From contig OZ316776.1 in assembly GCA_973851085.1 (NCBI GenBank), forward strand, positions 8,060,001 through 8,124,000: a DNA stretch of 64,000 nucleotides. The letters are read 5' to 3'. The notes under the pieces were generated by a model, which was not told the origin of the DNA, did not search any database, and saw only the letters and a program-made list of their open reading frames with translations. Below are positions 24,495 through 37,224 of this stretch, one piece after another. The position numbers were made by a program, and so were the translations under genes. The stretch comes from Ptychomitrium polyphyllum. Taxonomy: Eukaryota. Within the stretch, counting starts at the first letter, position 1; each line of letters opens with the position of its first letter.

Positions 24495-27400
24495 CTAACT
24501 GAGATCAAAACCAGCTCCAGCAGTAATAGCGTATAGAAGCTTTTCGTGAATGATCTCCTTACTGCATAGAAAAGGAATGCTCAAGTTTTAGAGTGAGTCA
24601 TGATTTCTTCAATACAACATATAATTTCATGCCACTGAGAACCGTCACCATCAAACTTCTTATCTAAGAGTCCAGTCTTAGAGGGGTTAGCAAGTAGAGA
24701 TTCCCGTGACTAATGATTCCTCAGCCAGACACTAAACTTGAAACATAGTTTTGGTCACAACACAGAACAAATGACATTTGAAGCGACTAGTGTATTTAAA
24801 TCACCTTTTATAGGGAGGAAGCTTAAGAAGGTTCATACACGTTGCTGACGTCGGTAAACGATCTAGGGCTTCTTGAGATCCATCATCAAGGCCAGCTCTG
24901 CAGACAAATGAGCACTGGTGTCAAAAACACAACTAGAAAAATAATCGTACATTTATTAACACCATAGAGCTAAATCATAACCCTGTTCCTCAAAAGGCAA
25001 CTTAAGTCAATACATAAATATAAGTTTTCACAGCATGCAGTAAGATTTCAAGTCCAGTAGAATTTCGGTATTAATTTAGAAATAGAACTCCCTAGAAAAC
25101 GCATCTTAAATGCTGCAGATGATCGTTTCTTAAATGTACCTTTGTATACAAAACTGTGGTTCCAAATGCTTGAACCCAAGGAGTGGTCCACGTGAACAGC
25201 CTGTGACGAATCTGCAGAGTTGGAAGGTACACAAATCACCTCATCAATAATTATAGACCCAGTAACAATAAATTAATTTCTCTACGTTCAATAGACCTAC
25301 AACTCCACGTGGTTTTCATATTAGGAGGGCACAAACGAGTACTACGCAATTAACAGAAACACCATAAAATTCAGTTCACTTTTAGGACATGGAACCAAGA
25401 AGAACCCGATATCTGAACCAAAACTCACTTTTTCTAAGATCCTATTCTATCCAGATTGAAGTGACAATATAATTTGACATGGAAATCAGAAAATTCCATA
25501 TTCATGGAACTAGCATACTCACTTCAGAAACTTCTGCTGCATTTTCAACTCTAACTTCTGCACGACCTCCCAGAACATTTCGATGACAGGATGATTCTGT
25601 CAAATCCATGCCACATTCACCAGCTATTAGAAATACAAGAAGTACAATCCCGATCGGACCAGCATTCAGTGAAATGGTTGTTGAGAATGCACTGGAGCAT
25701 TATTTCTACATATGTAACACTAACTCTATCGGTGTCAGACGTAGAACTCTTAATGGCTTTGCCTGGCCTACGTGTCCTGCACTGGATGGCATAGATCGGC
25801 CACCTGCACGCCTTGGTGCTTTTGAAATGTGTTTACACGTTATGCGCACTATAATCTAGGTGGGTCGTTTCCATAAATAGGAATAACTCTTTATAAAACA
25901 AAGTTATGTCTTCCTGGTTCAAGTCTTACAAAGAACTGAGACAAGGAAAACAGGATTGCGAAAGGAAATTACTGAGAAATGATGGGCTAATTATTAGTGA
26001 CACCATATCCATTTTGACACATTTTAAACATAACCCACCTCATCGTAGCCACCAGCGTAATGCGCATTCTTCCGCAAATCATTGATATCCATACCTTCGT
26101 GCGAACCTGAGATAAGTATCTGAAGGCACACACAAAATCTATCAGCACAGTAAGCTATATACCACTACCACATAAGATAATTATGGTATGATCACATAGA
26201 CATCATCGCTCAAGAAGCAGAGGAACCCTTCCATGTCCAGTGCCTCAGCAGGGTCGTTAACCATTTCGAAAACCCCAATGTTCAGATTATAATGCTGCCT
26301 GATACATCTCCTAATTGATATTGGACAGTTCAGCAGACAGCCGGAAACAGTCATTGAAAATGACAATGTCAACAAACACAAAAAGGCTTACTGTTCCAGC
26401 ATACCTAGAGGATGGTAATATGAAGTACAAAACAGAGATAAAAGACAAACCAAGGATCAAACCTGTATCTCATGCTCATTGAACATGTCGATCCACTCTG
26501 AATGAATTACTTGTTGAAACCCGTGAAGAAAGTGAAGACTTTGCTGGTGAATCTGTACTCATCAGACGAAGTGCTAATTCTACGATCTTAAAAGGGAGCT
26601 TGTGTAATGAATATGCTAAAGCTGCCAATAAGTTACTCAACCAAAACAGATTGCACGGAAAATAACTGCCTTCTTCTACACACTTCCTATCAAAGGCGCT
26701 ACTCTAAAGCAACTAGCGGTATACAGTCTAGTCTAGACATTATTGAACTCATTATGAAACCTTCAAAAATAAGAAGCTGATGAACCCAACTTCATCAAAG
26801 AAACAGGGAGAGGTGAAGTTATAATTTCACCTGAGTGTTTAAACGATAGTGTGCGATTAAGTGTATGTATTTAATAACATTATCATTAGTGACTTGAATG
26901 TCTTTTCCTCCAGGTATTAGATCCACCTCCACTTGCTCTCCGTAGTCATTATCCGTAACCACGAAATAAACAGCTAACTGGGATAGATCTCCATCATAAT
27001 GCTGTTACATGCAGTCCGAAAGAGCATATCAAGGACGATATACACTGAGAACTCTTATGGTAACAAAATCTCGGGTTGCCAACTGGTTACAAATCACATC
27101 GACCAATTGCACCAGGAAGCAACACGGTCTAGCTTTACAAAGGTAAAAGCTCATTAAAATAAATGAGCCTGATTCCAAAAAAATTAAAACGTGTGATAAC
27201 AAATGCGTGTACACAATATCTAAATTAAGTTCACCTCATAATCAGGTCATGATTAGGATTCTTCTTTTAATTAATCTGACTTAAACCTTCATCAAAACAA
27301 TGGGTCTATTATTTTCCCTCAGTTGGACCCTTGCCCAAGTGACAGTAATTTTCCTCCTTACACGTGGTGTTGTCATAATGAAGATCAAAGGTAAACTGAT

Positions 27401-30400
27401 ACAGAACTTAGTTGCTGCCAATAGTGGATAAGAAAACCACACAGGGTACAATTGACTGTAAAAACAAGCCATCTGAAAGTATGTAGCAGATCTTACCTTC
27501 AGGAATAGCAAGTTTTGATATAGTTCCGGGTCCAAGGAGGGTAGATCATGCAAATAATTATGCCTGACAACCACCAAAAATCATTCAGAAATAACTGAAC
27601 TTTTTAGCCTCATTAACAAACAACGGTCAAACAGGTCAGATCACGCAGACACTCAGCAGGTCTAACATTCTTTAGCTAGATGACCTTACACCACGATCAA
27701 TAGTACTACAACAGTACTTCACTTCGTCTCCAAGTGCTAAACTTTGCTAAAGATTGCAAAAAAGTATCTAGCCCAGACGCTTCACGGTAGAAGTGGTGCA
27801 CCTGGCTAATGAATGTTATGGATCGGCAGAGATGAGAGAATGGAGACAATCGCAAAATCTCAGAAAGCTAAAGTGGAAATTTTGTTGATTTTCTATCATT
27901 ACTGATGAAAAATACATCAGCCATATTTCAAAACTGATAACGAAATGGAAATTCTGAAAGTTCAGAAGCCTACTTCTTTCGGAGCTTGCTCAAGAAAAAC
28001 GTTGCAAACGGAATGTCTACAAGAATTCCTTCTGACATTGCCTGCAAAATAACATCACACATTAACTTCTAATTTTGTGAAAAATCACACACTTATCAAG
28101 ATACTACGTAGTGTTTAAACAATGCCGACTTTGTGAGATAACACAATGCTCATGTTCAATGTGGTCAAGCCGGTTATTTCAACCAGAAATTTTCCATACA
28201 ACGGAATATAACGTCTAGTACAAAGTCCACACGAACATGTATAGCAGACAAACGAATTCAACATAGGCAACAAACCTTTCCAAGTATTTTTCCAAAGAAC
28301 TCAAAATACTGGAGATGCTCATCAGAAACCATTTGAGATGCCGGATTTGGATATAGCAAGTGATCAGCTGTTTCCTGCATGGAAAGAATATTATTTTATA
28401 AGAACAAACGTAGTACCACAGCAGCTATCATTAGTCATTTGCAATCTGGACCTTAGTAACCAAATAAAATTTATAGCTGTATATTTCGTACAAGGAATGA
28501 AAAAAAGATGCTGATAATGAGTATAATTACCCAGTGACCAGTCATCTACACTACTCTGGAAACGATGCAACACTAAAGACCTTCACTACATGATAGCTAT
28601 TGGCAAATGTCAATAAATAGAGTGTAGTGATGTACCTTGAAGAGCCCATACTGTACATCAAAGCCTGTTTTAGTTATGCCCTCCATGAAGTCTTTAAAAA
28701 TTCCTCCTCCATCCACACCAGCTTCCTCTACGCCCAACTCATTTACAAACGTAACCCGAATCTGGCAACAGAACCACATTAACTCCTTCAACCAAATTAT
28801 ACGTAAATGAAGAACTGTAAAGAAATACGGAACAGTAGAGCAGGCTCTGAGACAGCTGACAATCCGTCAGGTTTAGTAATCCACTCATCAGTTACAATGA
28901 ACCCACTCAAAATTCACTTATAAGAAAGCTAATAGGAGAACCTGCAGTATCTGCAAAAACATTCTTATAGTAAAAACTACCAAAATATTCAAATCCAGGC
29001 TGGTCAACTTCATTACCGTCCCTTTCAGAGCGTCGGCGCTAACTTCATTGAGCTGAGCAAATGCGTCTTCTATGATGTGATCTCTTCTGATTCTGATTCG
29101 AATCCTTCCCATAGGATTGTGCGGGCCACTTTCTACCCTTGCTGCAGCTATATGTGACTGCATATACCCACAAAACATCACACAGCTAATGCTGCTTGAC
29201 AATCAAGAGAAGATAGAATAATGGACAAAGAAAAATGCTCTGGATAGCCTCTTGAACGTTTACTAACTTGAAAAGCACTGAATTTTAAAATGATATTCGA
29301 AGTAAGAGGTATTAAAGTGCTTGGGTTTTGAATACCGTGAAGATGCGCACTCTATCTTTGAATGGAACAAGAAAAGGAGCTTGTTTCAGTACATCCCGTG
29401 CCCGTGTGTGTTCTCCCTCCGCCTGCAAAGACAATAATCAGAAAGCAATACATGTGCCATGAACCTCTAAACGAGAAACACCCAGAAATAGACCATACAA
29501 GTTTCAGATTTATTGTCATGTTCATGTGCACAAAAATATACGCTTTTTAAAAATAGGAAACAGTAGTATCGTAACAAGCTTCAACAAAACCTTCTGAGCG
29601 AAGCAGATCTAGAATCGAACTCAGAATGGATAAATGACACCATCATTTCTATATAAGAGGTCACTGAAGTTACTCAAAGAGCTGAGTAATACTAAACAAG
29701 CAAAAATCATGCAATAAAAGAGTAAGGTGCTGCAAGTCATAGAATTCATCTGAGCCAGAGACACCAGAAAATGCTGATGCAGAATACAGACCTGAATTGC
29801 TATAATAGATAACAAAATTTACGTGACAAGAACCACAGATAACTCCAGTAGACAATATAGCACTTAAATATGGATGCAAAAGAGGGAGCAGGATTGTCCT
29901 TCCCATTAACACTAATGCATGCAACTGTACGGGAACCTGTGTGACAATACACATTTCACATCCACACTATAGATATCTCTCAACTCCCAAGAACAACTGT
30001 TAAACAATGTTCAGAAGACTTTTCTCTGGTACTCACCTGTGTCACGAAATACTCGTCAACACCTTCGCGTGCATGAAAATCTTCAGAAGGAGTGAATTGC
30101 CGCCTGCTGTTACGATTATGCAACTGGAGCAAACTTGGACATAAGCAAAATTATATTTCCACAATTGAATAAGCGTTGTTACAGCTAGCTAAGGCTAAAA
30201 AGTATTTTCAAATGTAAAGTGGCAAGCAAACTGAGCAATGGATGGAGGTGAGATAGTAAATGCATCAAATGACTACATACCTCTGCTAAAAGGCGCGATG
30301 CCGCCTTGCTAACAAACGGCTGAAACGCTTGTGTAGAGAACATCTTTTGGGATGTAAAAGCGTCCAAACCAGGCTTCTGAACAGGACCTGTCAGTTGCTT

Positions 30401-33400
30401 GTTCGTCAAGACCCATAAAAGTTGCCATAAAGCCTGCATGTAAAAAGGTCAATATGCAACGTGACAAGGTCAGAGATTGCAGAGGACATCAGAATCAGAA
30501 GTACATTTTGGATCCATAGTACCACTCAGATCTTACGCACGTACTCCCCGTCTAATTTGTTCTTGCGAGAGCCTAATAAACTCAGAATTAAGTAAACGAA
30601 ATCACTCCTGTAACTTCTGCACGCCTGCAGATGAATACTTGCAGACAAACTAAAACCTCATCTGTGCTAGAACTGTTGTCATTCATCCACAATACCACAG
30701 CAAACATCCTCATAGTTCTACAATGAAATTCTTTTTTAATTGAAGAAAGAAAATCATATTCATGAATTAAAACATAACAACTGGAATGTCAGAGAAAGCA
30801 TCTCCACTCGGATAAACTGCACTAACCTCTTTCAACACAGCCACTAGTTGGACAATATCAGGAAGAGAAAGAGGCCGCTGTTGTTCATAAAACTCCTCGT
30901 TGTCTATGCTCATTAGCAAATAACTGCACGAGAATGGTTCAGAGGTCAGATATCAGATATTCCCCAGCGTATATTTCAAACACACCAAACTTCTCCTGGG
31001 TCCCACTTTGATTTCAGAAAGCGAGAACCTTGAGCTAAACGTTCTAGGAGCTCTTAAGAGATTCTAGTGAATACTTAGAGAATCCAACACGTCTAACTAA
31101 AAGAGTATGTCACATTACTCTTAAAATAATAAAACTACCGTACTCAGCATGAACTGTAGATCATGAGTGTAGACAAAGCCCCCGAAAACCTGGAGAGAGA
31201 GCTCACCTGTACACAGGGCAAAAGACAGCAAGTGGTAACATCCAACCTAGTATTTTGGAGTTCTGAATTTCCAACGGTTTTCTCCCCTTAAACTCAATAG
31301 AAGGCCAGGATTGCAGTCGGTGATACAATTTTATGTGAGACCACAGCTGAGGCACGAGCTGAGCCTTGTATGCCAGACCAGTAATTATAAGGGATGTTGG
31401 TAACGTCATGAAGAGGGAGTACAAAAATGCACAAGTTGCTCCCACTGCCTCAGCTTCAGATCCTGCAGCAGGTCCTTTTGACGTACTTTGCAGAAACGCC
31501 ACTCTGACCTATCACATCACACAGTCAATTCCACAAAATCTCCAGACATTAAACTCTCCTACCCCATTCGTCCTGCCCCCAAGTATTCCATTGACACAAT
31601 TTGCTGCTGAAAATATAAACCTCTGTATATGTCTCTACAGTTGAGCGATCTGACTGCGAGGAGAATTGGAAAACCATCCCGGCACTTTATGTCCCCATTG
31701 ACAGTGACGATAGCGCAGAATAAGACGGTCAGAATACATTACCAAGTTTTGTAGGAACTCAGGATCTGCAGCATGCAGTAGCTGTTGCTCCAGTGCCGGT
31801 TCAGAAACTGTTGTCCCAGGCTCATCAATGTCCATGTCCTCGTCAAAACCTGGATCGTCAGACACTACAGTAACTGCGAATCAGCCCTCTGTTCTCCTTC
31901 AAAACACCCAACACTGAATCACTGCTACTGAGGAAACACTATATGTGCAAACTGGCAAATAATTCCTCAGGATCTCTGGCCACCCGAAAACATGGTCGCA
32001 GAAGATTCTAACCTTGGAGTAAAAGATTTCTCTCTGCAAATTAGGACAAACTCTCTAATTAAAACTTACTTAAAAATACTAAGAAAGGTTGTAATATGTA
32101 AGGAACAGATTTCACATGTATAAAAGCAAGGACGAACAAAAGATATTGAGTGTATCTTCCGGCACAAAGATCTAGCCCACGAAAACCGTCTCAGCAGTCA
32201 GATGTCCTACCATCATAACTCCTGTCCCTTGTACTTCTGAAGAACGATGAAGGAAGCTCCTCCAACATGTATCTGCCAACCACTGCAAAGTCTGTTACCT
32301 GCAATAATAATACACCCACATGTAAAGATATTAGAGTCATGAATACAAGAGAGAAATTAGCAACAGATTTACAACCTGATGACCACAGGGACGCGACACG
32401 AAAAGTTGTACGACATTAGGTACAACACACAAGAAGTCATAAAGGTACGATAACGTATAAAATTCACTAAAAATGGATCCAGACACTTTTCTAATCGGGT
32501 TGTATTCATGATGAGGATATTCGAACAAAACAAAATCACAAGCTTTACCAGTTGAAGGGTACAGCCTGAGCGAGAAAGACCATAAGCAGCCACTTCAAAT
32601 AGGTTTCCAAGGATGCAGATGCTGGAAGGAAATTCCGGTTTGATGTATGGAGGCAAGAGAGTTGTAAATTCAGGAAGACTATTTGCAATCAGGTGAATGG
32701 AGTGTCCCCACAAACCCTCATCAACAAAAACCTGAAAGCACCTGGATGGAATTAGTGACTGGATTAAACAGGTTATAACGACATATAACAAGCAGATAAT
32801 GGCAAAGACCTCCTTGCACGCTAGACATCTTAGAAAAATTACTCTAAAGAATCAACCAATAAATCGTCTGTTAAAGAAACCACTGCTGATGACCGCTTCA
32901 CAATCAGTTACAAAAAGATCTAAAGACCTAACAGCAATTCTCACCTGTTTCAACGATGGATACCTTTGCCATAGCAAAGGTATGGATAAGACTTGACACG
33001 GAAGTCCCCACTGCAATGGCAAGCTAGTTCCCACATTCGCACTTTGAACGTATCTTTTAGCAAGGCAGCAGAAAACGTACTCCAAGTAGCTCTTTCCTCT
33101 TGACGCTTGCCTTTGATTTGGTTGCTGTGCACGTGAGGACCATGCACGCTGTTAGAACAAATGACTGTTCATGAACGGATGACAGTTTTCATAACATCTT
33201 GTGTTAGAAGTCCTACATTAACAAATTTCATCAAAAAAACACGGTCAGACACACTCGAGCTGCAAGAAAACAATATAACGTATTCCATTATCCTGATTAT
33301 GAGACCTACCACTTGGAGTAAAATATGACGGAGGAAGTAAAACAATCTGTTCCTCATAAGATGTTCCATTACAGCAGCTCCCCACAAAGAATCATCACTT

Positions 33401-36400
33401 GTCAATATCAGCAGTGTCTCCAACAGGACTGAGGATGGATCTTGTGACATCGCACCTGCATGCACATCTTTAAATAGCTCCATTTTCATTGAGATGCTGC
33501 AAAAGCAAAATAAGAGGTCATCAAAAAACTAGTATAAAATACAATGATGTAATTCTTCACCAAGTTAAATCCCAAAGCAGCAGTTTCAACTCCATCGTCT
33601 CCACTGGTCAATGGCTCCAACCTCCGACCTATAACTGCCGCTAAAAAACTCTTACAAATCCTTTCAGAACAAAAATCCACACGTCAACTCCGAGCTGCTG
33701 AACATTGAGTATTCACTTACCAATTAACATACAATGAAAGAACACACAACGATGCCAGGCGCTTTTGCCTGTGTCTTGCAATAGCCCACTCAAAGGTATT
33801 GCCGCCTCCTGTAAACAATTCCGACATATTACCTGCAGAAAATACAATTGAACAGATCCGTAACTAGTAAGAAATTGCTAATCAACAAACACAAATCTTA
33901 AAAATCTGTTCCAGAGGTTCAGTAACTTACCTATATACACACAAGAGATCATCAAACGGAGGTTATCCACTCTAAGTCTACTTGCGCAATAGAGTTATTT
34001 GTAAACTCAACCCTTTTCTCGCCAAAAGCTATGGAGCTTGTCTTCTGATTTGTTGAAAGAGTACTTTCAACTGTAAATTCTAGGAGAGTTGATCAAAGAT
34101 CTTGGGTTGAAAACAAAGGTCGAGATGACAAAAACTCTAATTACTCAAGAATGTACAACCAGGATAAGCTTCTCCATGAACTAAAACTTGTGGGTCAACG
34201 TGCATATGCTCTTTGGATGTAAGTATACTCCATTGTCTGACTATGCCTTGTTCTTCTAAACGACTAACAATTTTCAGCTGTACGACCAAGTTCAAAACAA
34301 TAATTACAACACAGTTTCCAGCCATGGTACTCACTTTGGGAAAGACTTTGCTTCAAAAGCCGACAAGCGCCAACAAGGCGCTGCATGTCTCCATCATTTG
34401 ATGCTTGGAAGAAAAAAAATAGCTGAGGAAGGTATTTGGCAGACGATTGAAATGCATTTCTGCATTTTATACACTGAAGATATGAGAAGGCAGCCCTTTC
34501 ACTTCAAGCAGATACACAAGCATCTCAAAAACTAAACCTAAATACTAAATAGACAAACCAGATCGGCCACTGGTTACGTACAGCACAATGAAACAGGAAC
34601 AATAAAAAATAGCTAGTTTGTGACCCATAAGTCGCCATGTATATAACAAAATAATAGACACCTGTAAACTAGGTTGATGGAGTTAAACTAAAAAGAACTC
34701 AAGTGTTCGGTGTCTCTAAACCACCTTAGTCACAGATTCTAATAAGGCCTCTTCTGGAATAAGCTCAAAAGAACTACATCAAAAAAGAAAGAGACAGAGT
34801 CTAGAGATGTCGGAAGCCAATCTGTAATTGAGATTTGAAACCTATTCACTATTTGTTCACAATTGTCAGTGTCGAAAACCCTGTGGTATGTTGACTAGTA
34901 TTGATAAACCCTAAATGTCTGAAATAATATAACACCCGTAAATATAACAAAGACACGATGATTGAAGCAAGAGCAGGACTAGGGTTTCCAATCAGCGGCT
35001 AGAAAATGGTGTATTTAGTTCCGGAAACAAAATTAAACAACAGCTCTCAGTAAAGTTTGTGTTAAGCGCTCCATCGGTCATCTGAGGTGCACAAATAATA
35101 ACGAGGAGAACTACATTCCATGTAAACATAGCCTTTACACGGAACTCTCATTCGCACAGAAAAAGGCGTCTCCATCTCCACGAGTCCAGCTCAAGAATGG
35201 TGTGCCAAAGCCAGAAAACGATCAGTTATGCATCAAAATGTGGGAACACAAGAAATATTAACTCAGAAGCGTGGGAGAACTCTTTTGAGAACTTCAGTAA
35301 TCCAAACATGAATTTCCATGCATCATGATAAGAAGCCCGAAACTGTATTTGATAAGTATTGTCACCTCTAATCTGTTTGAGTGAAATAGAATTCCACAAA
35401 GAAATCTCACCTGTCTGCTTTTTCACCGAACTCTCCATAAATAGCACAAAAATCGCTTCGAATAACTGGTCGAACTGCAGCGACCTCCCTCCTTCCCCTT
35501 ACAAATTTCTGTAGAAAATCACGGTTGAATTCGACATTTAGGACGTTGAGGAGATACTAACTGCTAGTTGTCTAATCAAGATCGTCCATATACAGGTGCT
35601 ACTAACGAAATTTTACCCTTCAACAGACTACCAGCTCAAAATACATGTTAATTCTATTCAGAAACATGATTGATATAACGTAGCACTCCCTAACTCGGCA
35701 GCCATTGAGTTTAGAAACTAATAAGAAACGTGACAATTGTTCATTCAGTTTCTTGAGGAATTTAGCAAGGCTCGCAAAGACTCATGTGAACGCTTATCCT
35801 CAGCTGCTTATCAAATAAAGACCGCTTAAGCCATACTTGATTCACTCACGCCCACGAGCGCATAACGCTAGATTATTAACCAAGGAATCTTGCGCCGGCG
35901 TTTACACGAGTGATAGTCTTCAATTCCAAACCTACACTACAATGTGTCCAATTGCACAATAACATTTCAAACGAGACAACAAATAGGAACGCTTCAGCAG
36001 ATATGCCTGCTGATGACCTCGTCTCCTCTTCCAGAAACCAGTGCAGCTCATCCATCTCCCGTTCAAATTGTCACGTAAATTGAAGGCAAAGAACGTTTGA
36101 GTGGGCAACAACAGCGCAATACATGATACGTACAATACTACATGCACTCATCCTTCTCACCGAACTCCACAATTGAAAATCCAAAGTGCACCAAAACGAG
36201 CAAAAACTATGCAAAATTCACATCTCGAATGCAGCTACCACGCAATCCCTCTCACGAATGTCTCCACCTCGATCTCTGTAATCCCCGTCCAACGAAGAAC
36301 AAACAACGACTCACGCTCCCCTTACAACCAACATCTTTACCAAATTTGAACATCCCCGTCAACGGCAGGCTAGGGTTTAACAAAGACGGAACACTTGTAA

Positions 36401-36618
36401 GAACTCAAACAACCGCAATCACCTCATAGAGAAATCATCAGCACGAAAACCTCACAGACCTGTATCTGTTTCGCACTCTGCGTCTGAATCCGCCATCGCT
36501 GCCTCTGCTCCCGCTCAAGCTTCGTCTGCAGCAACAGCTTCTGCCTGTCCCGCTCCTTGCCGCTCCGGCCGCCGAGATCCACCTTCTTCTTCACGGTCGG
36601 ATCCCCGGAGAAGAACAT
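24495..36618 (-). CDS. UPL6: HECT E3 ubiquitin-protein ligase UPL6 (UBE3C/Hul5 type, N-terminal IQ motif), 26 exons, over 1000 aa
   Basis: N-terminus MFFSGDPTVKKKVDLGGRSGKERDRQKLL...SAKQIQ|KFVRGR (IQ motif split by intron 1; exon 1 is 36618-36460). HECT motifs include APFLVPFKDRVRIF, IRIRRDHIIEDAF, EAGVDGGGIFKDF, DLPSLDPELYQNL, KFVTGCSRGPLLGF, catalytic LPTSATCMNLLKLPPY, and terminal LLYAITAGAGFDLS* (last exon 24561-24495). The junctions checked were GT-AG. Confidence 0.97.
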
Positions 36619-36626
36619 CTTGCCTC

Positions 36627-36716
36627 CTCACTCTCGCTCTCTCTCTAACTCTCCCGGTCTCTGTCTCTCTGTGTCTCTCTGTGTCGCTCTCGCGCTCTCG
36701 CGCTCTGTTGCTCTCT
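36627..36716. repeat. Imperfect (CT)n/(GA)n microsatellite in the UPL6 5' UTR
   Basis: ctctcgctctctctctaactctc...ctgtctctctgtgtctctctgtgtcgctctcgcgctctc lies immediately upstream of the ATG. GA-rich leaders are common in plants. Confidence 0.75.
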
Positions 36717-36978
36717 GGCGTTCTCTTCAACCAATCAGTCAATGAAACTCATAAACAAGAAGCCAATCCCTACCTCCGCAAGAGCTTTCTCTGCGTTCCT
36801 AATTTGCTATGTACAAAGATACAAAGGGGAAGCAAAGCACGGCGACGAGAGGAGTGGAAGAGCGCAACGAGAACGAAAGCAGAGTGGGGCAACAATTCCT
36901 CCGGCAACAACAACAGCTGCTTCGCCCTCGTCGACACAGGCCTTGTGCACCTCTTACAGGAACTGCCACAGTAGCGTC

Positions 36979-37224
36979 CGGGTATTTATGCGGTCTCACT
37001 CGGGTACTATGGCAGTATCGAGTCTCAGTAACATGCCAGTATCTCCTAGTTCTCAATCGACTGAGTTAAATGCGCCGTCCGAGTGGGTGTTGCCCATGGT
37101 GAGTCGTGACGTCCGGAGCTTGGTTAACTTATTGCTGCATGAGTAGTATTCGGGTATCTATGGAGTATCTCATGGATATATATGTAGTATTGCACGTGCA
37201 TCATGGTAGTGTCGCAAGGGTATC
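36979..37224. repeat. Degenerate 22-bp periodic repeat in the UPL6 promoter region
   Basis: Units at 36979, 37001, 37151, 37173, 37195 and 37217 (partial), e.g. CGGGTACTATGGCAGTATCGAG, CGGGTATCTATGGAGTATCTCA, TGGATATATATGTAGTATTGCA, CGTGCATCATGGTAGTGTCGCA. Confidence 0.55.

Noticed and set aside
36681..37146. Overlapping 85-134 aa ORFs upstream of UPL6
   Set aside because: They lie in the GC-rich promoter and 5' UTR and show no protein features.
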